Assembly: GCA_037046735.1 (NCBI GenBank) | Contig: JBAOHC010000021.1 | Span: 110,025-174,024, forward strand | DNA from: Candidatus Nanopelagicales bacterium | Lineage (GTDB): Bacteria > Actinomycetota > Actinomycetes > S36-B12 > UBA10799 | Reading direction: 5' to 3' | DNA length: 64,000 bases | Shown here: piece by piece, positions 9,117 to 17,308 of the stretch | Position numbering within the stretch: the stretch's first letter is position 1 | Layout: each line of letters opens with the position of its first letter | Notes under the pieces: model-generated | Told to the model about the DNA's origin: nothing | What the model saw: only the letters and a program-made list of their open reading frames with translations | Database searches by the model: none | Program-made: the position numbers and the translations under genes

Positions 9117-10323
9117 CGGGTACCACCTCCACCCGCTGCACCCACGCCGGCGTGACCGGCAGCAGGTCGCGCTGCCTGCCCAACACACCCACGATCACCG
9201 GCACCGGGGCGGGCACCGACGGCCATGGGGTGAACCCGTCCGTGAGCACGATCACTGTCTGCGGCGCCGGGCGGCAGGCCAGTGCCCCCGTGATACCTGC
9301 TCCCATGTCTGTGCCGCCACCACCGGCCAGTCGCACCTCGCGCACGTCGCGGACCGGCTGCACGGCGTGCACCGCAGCGTCCACCGCCAGCACTGTCACG
9401 CTGCTGTCCGGCACGGCCAACGACGCCAACACCGCCTTCACCTCCCCCAGCGCCTGCGCCAGCAGCCCGTCATCGATGCTGCCCGAGGTGTCGATCACCA
9501 CCGCCACCGCCGGCACTGGACGGCGCAACGCGGGCACGATGGCCTTGCCCACCGCGTGCTGACGGCGGGAGATCTTCGAATACGTGTAGTCGACCTGACC
9601 CTGACCCCAACCAACCCCGCGGCGGACGGCCGCGTGCAGCACCTGCTGCCAGGGCACCACCGGATCCAGGATGTGCCGGACCCACCGCCCCCACTCCCCG
9701 GCCACATTGCCGTACTCGCGGCAGTGCTCCCGGAACTCAATCGCCACCATCTTGCGGATCCCCTCAGCGCCCTGCGTCGACAGTCCGGGCATCTGCTCGT
9801 CAGCAGGCGGCAGGTCGTAATCGCGGGCCATCCCGTCACAGCCACTCCCACACGTCTGGTCCGGGTCCAGTCCCAATGGCGACTTCGTCACCGGCAAGGC
9901 CCGCAACAGCCGAAAGTACTCCTCCGCCGAACGGTTCGGATCCTGATACACCTGCCGCGGCTGGGGCAGGCCGACGTCGAAGGGCAACACCTCCGAGACC
10001 GTAAGATCCGTGGCCAGCTTCCACCGGTCCCGACCCGCCGCGTCCACACCGCAGTCCAGGGCCCTGCCCGCATGGTCGGCCAACAGGTGCCACACCTGAT
10101 GAGCGACCTCCCCGGCCAGCACCTGCACATCCGTGGCCACCGCCCACAACGGGTTCACATACAGCCGCCAATAGACATCAGCGGACATCCGCGCCACCCG
10201 CTCCGTCGGCACTGTCACCAGCGCGTAAACCGCGGTCGACAGGTAGGGCAAATCCCCGGCCGACTGCGAGACCAGCCACAACTTCGCCGCGGCCATCCGC
10301 TGCTCCACATCACGGTCGATCAC
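9109..10323 (-). CDS. VWA-like domain protein with N-terminal putative metallopeptidase module (DUF2201-type), HExxH degenerated to HQxxH
   Basis: Lies within ORF 9109..10491. The GTG at 10323 forms a GTGA overlap with the MoxR stop. N-terminal module: EVAHQVWHLLADHAGR...RDRWKLATDLTVSEVL. C-terminal module: PAVAVVIDTSGSIDD...AVDAAVH...GGGGTDMGAGI...VIVLTDGF, which is VWA/MIDAS-like. Confidence 0.8.
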   Translation of the reverse strand: MIDRDVEQRMAAAKLWLVSQSAGDLPYLSTAVYALVTVPTERVARMSADVYWRLYVNPLWAVATDVQVLAGEVAHQVWHLLADHAGRALDCGVDAAGRDRWKLATDLTVSEVLPFDVGLPQPRQVYQDPNRSAEEYFRLLRALPVTKSPLGLDPDQTCGSGCDGMARDYDLPPADEQMPGLSTQGAEGIRKMVAIEFREHCREYGNVAGEWGRWVRHILDPVVPWQQVLHAAVRRGVGWGQGQVDYTYSKISRRQHAVGKAIVPALRRPVPAVAVVIDTSGSIDDGLLAQALGEVKAVLASLAVPDSSVTVLAVDAAVHAVQPVRDVREVRLAGGGGTDMGAGITGALACRPAPQTVIVLTDGFTPWPSVPAPVPVIVGVLGRQRDLLPVTPAWVQRVEVVPDA

Positions 10324-11435
10324 AGCAGACCAGCCAGTTGCAGCGCCGGAGCGAACACCGTCAACCCCGCTGGTAGGTCCGCCCCCGCCGGCCGCCGCCC
10401 AGGACGCAACAACGCCCGCACCACCGGCACCGCCGAGTCCAGACTCGAATGCCCCGCTGCCCCGACACACACCCCCATGGCCGCGGTCCACCGTTGCGGA
10501 CTCGGATCAGACGTGTAAGCGGCCAACACCCCCTGCAGAGCCACATGCACCCGGTCGGGGCGCAAACCCTTCAGCCCATCTCCCATCGGGTCGGCGAGCA
10601 GCTCCTCCGGATCCGGAAGATCCAACGCCGACCGCCACGTCAGGAACTCATGCCCCACCGGCGCCCCCACCGCCCCGTACACAAGTAGCCGACGCACCTC
10701 CTCGCCCGCCCCGGCGTACCCGGCGATCGCCAGCAGTTGCGCCGCGTAGTCCCACGTCCGCGGCGTGGGGAAGGCCCGGCCCCGGCCAGCGGCATCCTTC
10801 GGAATCGAGGAGAGCTGCCCACCCCGGGTACGCAGGAAACCCGCAACAAGACCGCGTTCAGCCATCGCCAATCTGTCGAAGGTGGACGGTCGCTCCGGCA
10901 CCGGCAGCACCGGCCAATCCCCGGTCACGATCGACTCCGTGTACACATCCAGCGGCAACGACCACTCCAGATGCACAAACCGGTTCGCCGTCGGCGCGGC
11001 CAACTCCCACCCCGAAGCGGCCACATCCGCCGGGTTCGCCGCCGCTCCGAACGACACCCGCTGCGGCAACTGCAACGCCCCCACCTGAGCATGGGTCAAC
11101 GGCCGCAATGCCGCCGCCTGCACCGCGGGCGAAGCCGTCGTCCACTCATCAAAGAAGACAATCGACGGCTTCGGCTCCTCCGAAACCCGCACCGCCCACC
11201 CCGGCGGCGCCAACGTCACCCGATCCCCGTGCACCACCGGCAGCCCCGCAAAATCCGAGGGCTCATAGTGCGAACAGATCAACGTTTCCACATGCCAACC
11301 GCTGCCCGTCGCCGACTCAATCACCGCCGTCTTCCCCGCCCCCGGATCACCCCACAACAGGAACGGAATCCGCGCGGTGATGCACACCCCCACCGCCTGC
11401 AGCACTGCCTCATACGACTGCCGATCCCTGGCCAT
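10320..11435 (-). CDS. MoxR-like AAA+ ATPase (AAA_5 type)
   Basis: Lies within ORF 10320..11519. The ATG at 11435 follows a strong SD, GGAAGGGGAAG. Walker A is LWGDPGAGKT, Walker B is SIVFFDEW, and sensor 1 is FGAAANP. ANRF lies in the arginine-finger region. Confidence 0.85.
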   Translation of the reverse strand: MARDRQSYEAVLQAVGVCITARIPFLLWGDPGAGKTAVIESATGSGWHVETLICSHYEPSDFAGLPVVHGDRVTLAPPGWAVRVSEEPKPSIVFFDEWTTASPAVQAAALRPLTHAQVGALQLPQRVSFGAAANPADVAASGWELAAPTANRFVHLEWSLPLDVYTESIVTGDWPVLPVPERPSTFDRLAMAERGLVAGFLRTRGGQLSSIPKDAAGRGRAFPTPRTWDYAAQLLAIAGYAGAGEEVRRLLVYGAVGAPVGHEFLTWRSALDLPDPEELLADPMGDGLKGLRPDRVHVALQGVLAAYTSDPSPQRWTAAMGVCVGAAGHSSLDSAVPVVRALLRPGRRPAGADLPAGLTVFAPALQLAGLL

Positions 11436-11771
11436 AACTTCCCCTTCCGTCAAGTGCCGAGTGAAACACGCACCTACGACAAGTGGGGTTGGTCGTTGTC
11501 GACGATCGAAGCCGGGCACTGGCGATCATCTGGGGTCAGCTCTGAACAAGGGCACGACAAATCACACCGTGTCGCCTGCGCAACATCCCCCATGCTGACG
11601 CCCCCGCCGCCGACCTGAGGAAAAGGCGCCTGTTAACGCCCTGCCGTCGCCTGGGAGTTAACAAGGCGCAGCCAAACGATCCGTGGAGCTGACCTCCGCT
11701 GCCGGCTTCTTGTCATTTTCGCCGTAACCATCGGGCTGCCATTCGCTCCGCTCAGCCCAGCGCGGGCCTTA

Positions 11772-12109
11772 CCGCAGGACCTTGTGATCAGCCAGGTCTA
11801 CGCAGAAGGCGGTGAACCAGGCTCGTTCTTCCAGAGCGATTTCCCGGAACTGTTCAACCGAGGCCACTCCAGCGTCTGCCTCAACCATTGCGGTCTAGTG
11901 CGGGCATCGCCGTGACGTCCACTGTGACCGGCAAGGCCAAGAAGGGTAAGACCCGCTACTTCAGGCTGATCAAAGGCAGCCAGGCGGAGTTGTCCATCCG
12001 CACCTTCGGCCACAAAGGCTGGTGGTTGGTGATCACTCAGTCAGCGGCTGGCATCGGCTACATCCCATTCAGCCAGCGGATCTTCTACGTGGACGGCAGG
12101 CGGCTCTGA
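11772..12109 (+). pseudogene. decayed lamin-tail-domain (LTD) gene fragment
   Basis: The frame starting at about 11775 reads QDLVISQVYAEGGEPGSFFQSDFPELFNRGHSSVCLNHCGLVRASP*. This mirrors the LTD signature LvISEVYgGGGnsGatyknDFvELyN....v.L.GWsvqYaSa. Similarity continues weakly in another frame (ORF 11888..12109: ...GKTRYFRLIKG..). There is no start codon and no signal peptide, the frame is broken, and the local GC is lower. Confidence 0.3.
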
Positions 12110-12223
12110 ACGTCCTACGGGACCCATGTCACGCAACGTTCACTCGAACGTATTCCGGATTTGCGCCACACCCTGTCTCTCGCCAGCTCGCAGTGGGATA
12201 CTTGACAGCGAAGGTGAGGGTCA

Positions 12224-15200
12224 ATGAGCGAGATAGACATGACCACGCGGCACGAGGGCCACACCCCCGCGACCGCACCGGAGAGCCCACAGGCGGCCAG
12301 TGACATCGCGGCAGCGCCCGCCGACGCTCCCCCACCCACGCAGCGCCCGCCCTATCCGGGCCTCCCGGCGGTGATTCACGGCAACGGGGCGATCGCTCAT
12401 GTCATGCGGCATGTGTGCGGCGGCGTCATCGGCTACCCCATCACCCCGTCCACCGAGATCTCGGAACTGTTCGAGGCCGCCCGCTCCGAAGGCGGCGTCA
12501 ACGTGTGGGGCAAGCACCCCTTCTTCTTCGAACCCGAAGGGGAGCACTCCGCGCAGAGCGGTGCGCTCGGAGCAGCGCTCACCGGCGGGCAGTTCATCTC
12601 CAACGCCTCGTCGAGCCAGGGCATCCTCTACGCGATGGAGTCGCACTACGTGACCGTCGGTAAGAAGACGGGCGGCTTCGTGCTGCAGGTCGCGGCCCGC
12701 GTGGTGTCCAAGCACTCCCTCAACGTGATGGCCGGCCACGACGACGTCTACGCGCTGCTGTCGGCCGGCTACACGATCCTGTTCGGCTCGAACCCGCAGG
12801 AGGCCGCCGATCTCGCGGCGATTTCCTACCGGACCTCAGCACTGTCGCTCATCCCGGTCGCCAATGCCATGGATGGGTTTTCCACCAGCCACATGATCAG
12901 CGAGGCGTTGTTACCCGAACCCGAACTGCTGCGCGACTACCTCGGTGACCCCGCCGGGCGGATTGCGAGCCCCACTGTCGCCCAGGACATCCTGTTCGGT
13001 GCCAAAGGCCGAGTCGTCGCCTTGAACCAGTACCTCGACCGCCACCGCGATGACTTCCGACCGGCAGATCTCGCAGCTCTGAAAGCACACATCGACGACA
13101 TGGCCGCACAGGTGGAGGCCGACAATGACGGCGACCTGATCGAGACGACTCTGCGTTTTGTCCCTGACGAGCTGCACGGCCAGTGGCAGCGCCAATGGCG
13201 TAACGCTTTCCAGAAGGGGACCCGGCAACTCGTGCCTGCCCTGGTCGACGTGAACACTCCGGGGCTGACGGGCGCTGTCCAGAACCAGCCCGACTTCCAG
13301 GCCGGAGCGGTCGACCACCGCACTCACTTCGCCAGCGCAGTCCCAGCATTGACCCGCCGGGCCATGGCCGAGTACGCGACGCTGACCGGCCGGGCCTACT
13401 CCCCAGTCATGGCCTACGACTGCGACGACGCCGACTACATCATGATCGGGCTGGGCTCGATCACCGACGATGTCCGGGCGGTCCTACCCGTCTTGCGGGC
13501 ACGAGGGATGAAGGTCGGCGTCGTGAGCGTGAAGCTCCTGCAGCCGTTCCCCGAAGCGGAGCTCATCGAGGCGATCGCGGGCGCAAAGGCAATCACGGTG
13601 CTCGAGCGTTCCGACCAGACCGCCCTGACCGCTCTTGTGACCCAGGCGCTGTTCCGGGCCGGAGCCAACGCCGTTGAGCCGCGCCACGAGGGCATCCCCG
13701 CCCTCGCCACGCAGCCCCGCCTCACGACGGCGATCTTCGGGCTGGGCGGGCACGACGTCCAGCCCCGCCACATCATTGCCGCGTTCGAGCAGATGACCAC
13801 TGCTGACAGCGCCCCGCTGATCTACCTGGGCTCGCAGTTCTTCACGCAGACCTCATCCGCGCAGATGGCCGACGTACAGGCTCGCCTGCGGGTCGCCTAC
13901 CCGGAGACCGAACTCATGGCCTTGGAGACCGGCCCCAACCCCGTTCTCCTGCCCGAGTCCGCGATCCGGATCCGCTTCCATTCCGTGGGTGGGTACGGCA
14001 CCATCGCGACCGGCAAACTGCTGACCGACATCCTCGCCGGCGTCCTGCAGATGCACTCCAAATCCGCACCTAAATACGGCTCCGAAAAGAGCGGTGCGCC
14101 GACCAACTACTACATCACGCTGAGCCCGGAACCCGTGCTGATCACCAACGCCGAACTCGAAGACGTCGAGATCGTGGTGTCGCCTGACCATCGTGCGTTC
14201 ATCCACGCGAATCCGCTCAAGGGCCTGGTGGAAGGCGGCACCTTCATCCTGCAGTCCGACCTGTCGCCGGAGGACGTCTGGCGAGAGTTGCCACGGCACG
14301 CCCGGCGCACCATCCGCGACCGCCAGATCCGCTTCCTGGTCGTGGACGCATTCAAGGTGGCCAAGCGGCACGCCCCGACCGCGGAGCTCGAAACCCGCAT
14401 GATGGGCATCGCATTCATCGGAGCAGTCGTCGGTCACGTTGAGCAGATCGCCGGCGGCGCGTCCGAGGACGCCATCGCCGAGAAGGTCCGCGCGCAGATC
14501 CTCAAGAAGTTCGGCAGCAAGGGTGACGCCGTCGTCGAGGGCAACATGGAGGTCATCCGGGAGGGGATGGAAGCCACCGAGGTCGTCGACTACGACACCC
14601 CGCTGTTCCTGGCGATCGATGAGGCCCCGCCGGTGACTCTGCGGCGTCCCGGGACCGCCTCGACGCAGATGTGCGCCACAGCCGCGAGTACCGCCGGCCT
14701 GTTCGACCCGTCCTACTACGAGGATGCCACCGCCCGCCCGTTCCGGGAGGGCACGATCGGCGAGGCGCCAGTGCTGCCGGGGGCCGGGCTGTTCATGCCC
14801 GCGGGCACAGCAGCATCCAAGGACAAGGGGCTGTTCCGCCGGACGGTGCCCCACTTCGACTTCTCCACGTGCACCGGATGCATGGAGTGCGCCCTGGCGT
14901 GCCCCGACGCCGCGATCCCCAACACGATCCACGAGATCCACGATCTGATCCTGACCGGGATCAAGGAGATCGACGTCACCGAGGCGCAGCGGGATGCGCT
15001 GCGGGTCCACGTGTACACCCTCGCGGAGGGCGTGCGGGAGTCCTACCGGCAGGACAAGACCCCCCGCGCGTTCGCCGACATCGTCGCCGAGGTCGCGACT
15101 GGGATCGATGACGGGCAACCCACTCTGCGGCGCAACATCGAGCGACTGGTGGCGAAGCTGGCCACCTACCCGGTGGCCCGCACCCGGCCCTTCTTCGACG

Positions 15201-17308
15201 CGATGGAAAGCAGCGTCCCCGGCACCGGCGGGTTGTTCGCCGCCACGATCGACCCCTGGAAGTGCACAGGCTGTCTGGAGTGCATCGACGTCTGCGGGCC
15301 GGGTTCGTTGACCCCCACCGACGAGGACACCGACGTGCTCCTCGGGCTGCAGGACACGTTCGAGTTCATGACCGAACTGCCGAACACCCCTGCTCGCTTC
15401 CTCGAGGACTCAGCGACCCCGGGCGGAGACCTCAAACGCCTCATGCTGGACCGGGACAACTTCTACGCCACGACCGGGGGCCATGGCGCGTGCCGTGGCT
15501 GCGGTGAGGTCACGGCGATCCGGCTGGTGATGGCCGCGAGCCATGCACTGGCCGACGACCGGCGGCGTGCCCACCAGCGCGACCTCGACGACCTCGTGGA
15601 CCGCCTGCAGGCAAAGCTTGCGACTCTCACCGAGGAGCCCGCACGCCACCAGCGCGTGCAGGCGGCTCTGAACACTCTGCAGCGCAGGCTCTACCTCTAT
15701 GAGGGCGGTCCGACCGGTAACGGTCCCGCTCCGGTGGTGGTCGCCAACGCCACCGGGTGCAGCAGCGTCTACGCCTCGACCATGCCCTACAACTCCTACA
15801 GTGATCCGTGGGTGAACAGCCTGTTCCAGGACAGTTCCCCGCTGGCCAAGGGGATCTTCGAGGGCATCGCCGCGCAACTCACCGAGGATGTCCGCGCCTT
15901 GCGCATCGCAGCCCTCGAACTCGACGACGCCTACGACGAGGCCCGCGACGAGCGTGCCCTGCGGATCCTGTCCTGGGAGAAGTTCACCCCTGCTGAACTC
16001 GCGCTGCTGCCCACCATCATGAGCATCGGCGGCGACGGCGCGAGCTACGACATCGGCTTCGGTGCGATGTCGCGGGTACTGGCCAGCGACACTCCGCTGA
16101 AGATGCTGGTCCTGGACTCCGGGGCCTACTCCAACACCGGCGGCCAAGCCTCCACGTCGAGCTTCACCGGGCAGGACTCCGATCTCTCACGGTTCGGTGG
16201 TTCGCACACCGGCAAGCATGAGGCGCGCAAGGAACTGGCCCTCATCGCCTCCTTCCACCCGCATGTGTATGCGTGCTCGACGAGCACGGCGTTCCACGGC
16301 CACTTCCTCGAGACGACCCTTGAGTACCTGGGCTACGACAAGGCGCCGGCCGTCATGAACGTCTACACCCCCTGCGGGTCCGAGCACGGCATTCCCGAAT
16401 CGTCGTCCAACGCCCGGGCCCGGCTCGCCGTCGAGAGTCGCATGCATCCGCTGTTCGTGCATGACCCGCGCCGCGGCACCACCATGCACGACTGGTTCTC
16501 GATCGACGGCAACCCGGACGCGCAGTCGGCATGGACCACCAAGACGCTGGAGTACCTCGACGACTCCGGTGCCCTGCAGTTGCTGACCACACCCTTGACC
16601 CCGGCCGAGTTCGCACTCGGTGAGGTGCGGTTCAAGAAGCAGTTCCGTATCCTGCGGCCCGAGGAGCAGGCACTGGCCACCCCGATCGACGAGTACGTGG
16701 AACTGTCGGCGGAGCAACGCACCCAGCACGTGCCGTTCGTCTACGCGACCGATGACCAGCGGCACCTGATCAAGGTGGCCTGCTCGCACAAGATCGTCGC
16801 TCTGGTCGATGATCGGCGCCGGTACTGGCAGACATTGCAGTACCTGTCCGGGGTACACGAGGCGCAACTCACGGCATTGCACCGCGCGGACATCGAAGAC
16901 CTCCAGACGCGATTCGAAGAGGCCGCAGCGGCGCGCGAGACCTCCTTGGATGACATCGCGCGAGCCATGTCTGAGTTGGCGACTTCTAGCAGAGCACCAG
17001 CAGGAGCGGCTATGCCGGTCATGTCCTCTGCCGCCCCCAGGGCGGCCCCAACCGTCGCTGCGCCGGATGCGGCGGCGCACGGTCCGATCTGGCTCGACAC
17101 CGCCGACGAGGCGCTGTGCAACGACTGCGGCACGTGTTACCAGGAACTCCCCCAGTTCTTCGCGAAGACCACGGTGGTCATCGACGGCGAGGCCCGCGTG
17201 ATCGCGCGCATGATCCCGGGGGCAGCGCAGACGGTGGAAGTGACCCCCGACATCGCCAAACGGATCGATCGGGTGCGAGCCAACTGCGATGCGGAGATCA
17301 TCCGATGA
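12224..17308 (+). CDS. pyruvate:ferredoxin (2-oxoacid:acceptor) oxidoreductase-like enzyme, unusually long, with C-terminal ferredoxin-like domain
   Basis: SD AAGGTGAGGG lies before ATG 12224. Domain I: GNGAIAHVMRHVCGGVIGYPITPSTEI...EGEHSAQSGALGAALTGG. Two 4Fe-4S motifs: CTGCMECALACP and CTGCLECIDVCGP. TPP site: GHGACRGCGE...GGDGASYDIGFGAMSRV...LDSGAYSNTGGQ. The extra C-terminal module is CNDCGTCYQELPQFF...NCDAEI. Confidence 0.9.
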   Translation: MSEIDMTTRHEGHTPATAPESPQAASDIAAAPADAPPPTQRPPYPGLPAVIHGNGAIAHVMRHVCGGVIGYPITPSTEISELFEAARSEGGVNVWGKHPFFFEPEGEHSAQSGALGAALTGGQFISNASSSQGILYAMESHYVTVGKKTGGFVLQVAARVVSKHSLNVMAGHDDVYALLSAGYTILFGSNPQEAADLAAISYRTSALSLIPVANAMDGFSTSHMISEALLPEPELLRDYLGDPAGRIASPTVAQDILFGAKGRVVALNQYLDRHRDDFRPADLAALKAHIDDMAAQVEADNDGDLIETTLRFVPDELHGQWQRQWRNAFQKGTRQLVPALVDVNTPGLTGAVQNQPDFQAGAVDHRTHFASAVPALTRRAMAEYATLTGRAYSPVMAYDCDDADYIMIGLGSITDDVRAVLPVLRARGMKVGVVSVKLLQPFPEAELIEAIAGAKAITVLERSDQTALTALVTQALFRAGANAVEPRHEGIPALATQPRLTTAIFGLGGHDVQPRHIIAAFEQMTTADSAPLIYLGSQFFTQTSSAQMADVQARLRVAYPETELMALETGPNPVLLPESAIRIRFHSVGGYGTIATGKLLTDILAGVLQMHSKSAPKYGSEKSGAPTNYYITLSPEPVLITNAELEDVEIVVSPDHRAFIHANPLKGLVEGGTFILQSDLSPEDVWRELPRHARRTIRDRQIRFLVVDAFKVAKRHAPTAELETRMMGIAFIGAVVGHVEQIAGGASEDAIAEKVRAQILKKFGSKGDAVVEGNMEVIREGMEATEVVDYDTPLFLAIDEAPPVTLRRPGTASTQMCATAASTAGLFDPSYYEDATARPFREGTIGEAPVLPGAGLFMPAGTAASKDKGLFRRTVPHFDFSTCTGCMECALACPDAAIPNTIHEIHDLILTGIKEIDVTEAQRDALRVHVYTLAEGVRESYRQDKTPRAFADIVAEVATGIDDGQPTLRRNIERLVAKLATYPVARTRPFFDAMESSVPGTGGLFAATIDPWKCTGCLECIDVCGPGSLTPTDEDTDVLLGLQDTFEFMTELPNTPARFLEDSATPGGDLKRLMLDRDNFYATTGGHGACRGCGEVTAIRLVMAASHALADDRRRAHQRDLDDLVDRLQAKLATLTEEPARHQRVQAALNTLQRRLYLYEGGPTGNGPAPVVVANATGCSSVYASTMPYNSYSDPWVNSLFQDSSPLAKGIFEGIAAQLTEDVRALRIAALELDDAYDEARDERALRILSWEKFTPAELALLPTIMSIGGDGASYDIGFGAMSRVLASDTPLKMLVLDSGAYSNTGGQASTSSFTGQDSDLSRFGGSHTGKHEARKELALIASFHPHVYACSTSTAFHGHFLETTLEYLGYDKAPAVMNVYTPCGSEHGIPESSSNARARLAVESRMHPLFVHDPRRGTTMHDWFSIDGNPDAQSAWTTKTLEYLDDSGALQLLTTPLTPAEFALGEVRFKKQFRILRPEEQALATPIDEYVELSAEQRTQHVPFVYATDDQRHLIKVACSHKIVALVDDRRRYWQTLQYLSGVHEAQLTALHRADIEDLQTRFEEAAAARETSLDDIARAMSELATSSRAPAGAAMPVMSSAAPRAAPTVAAPDAAAHGPIWLDTADEALCNDCGTCYQELPQFFAKTTVVIDGEARVIARMIPGAAQTVEVTPDIAKRIDRVRANCDAEIIR

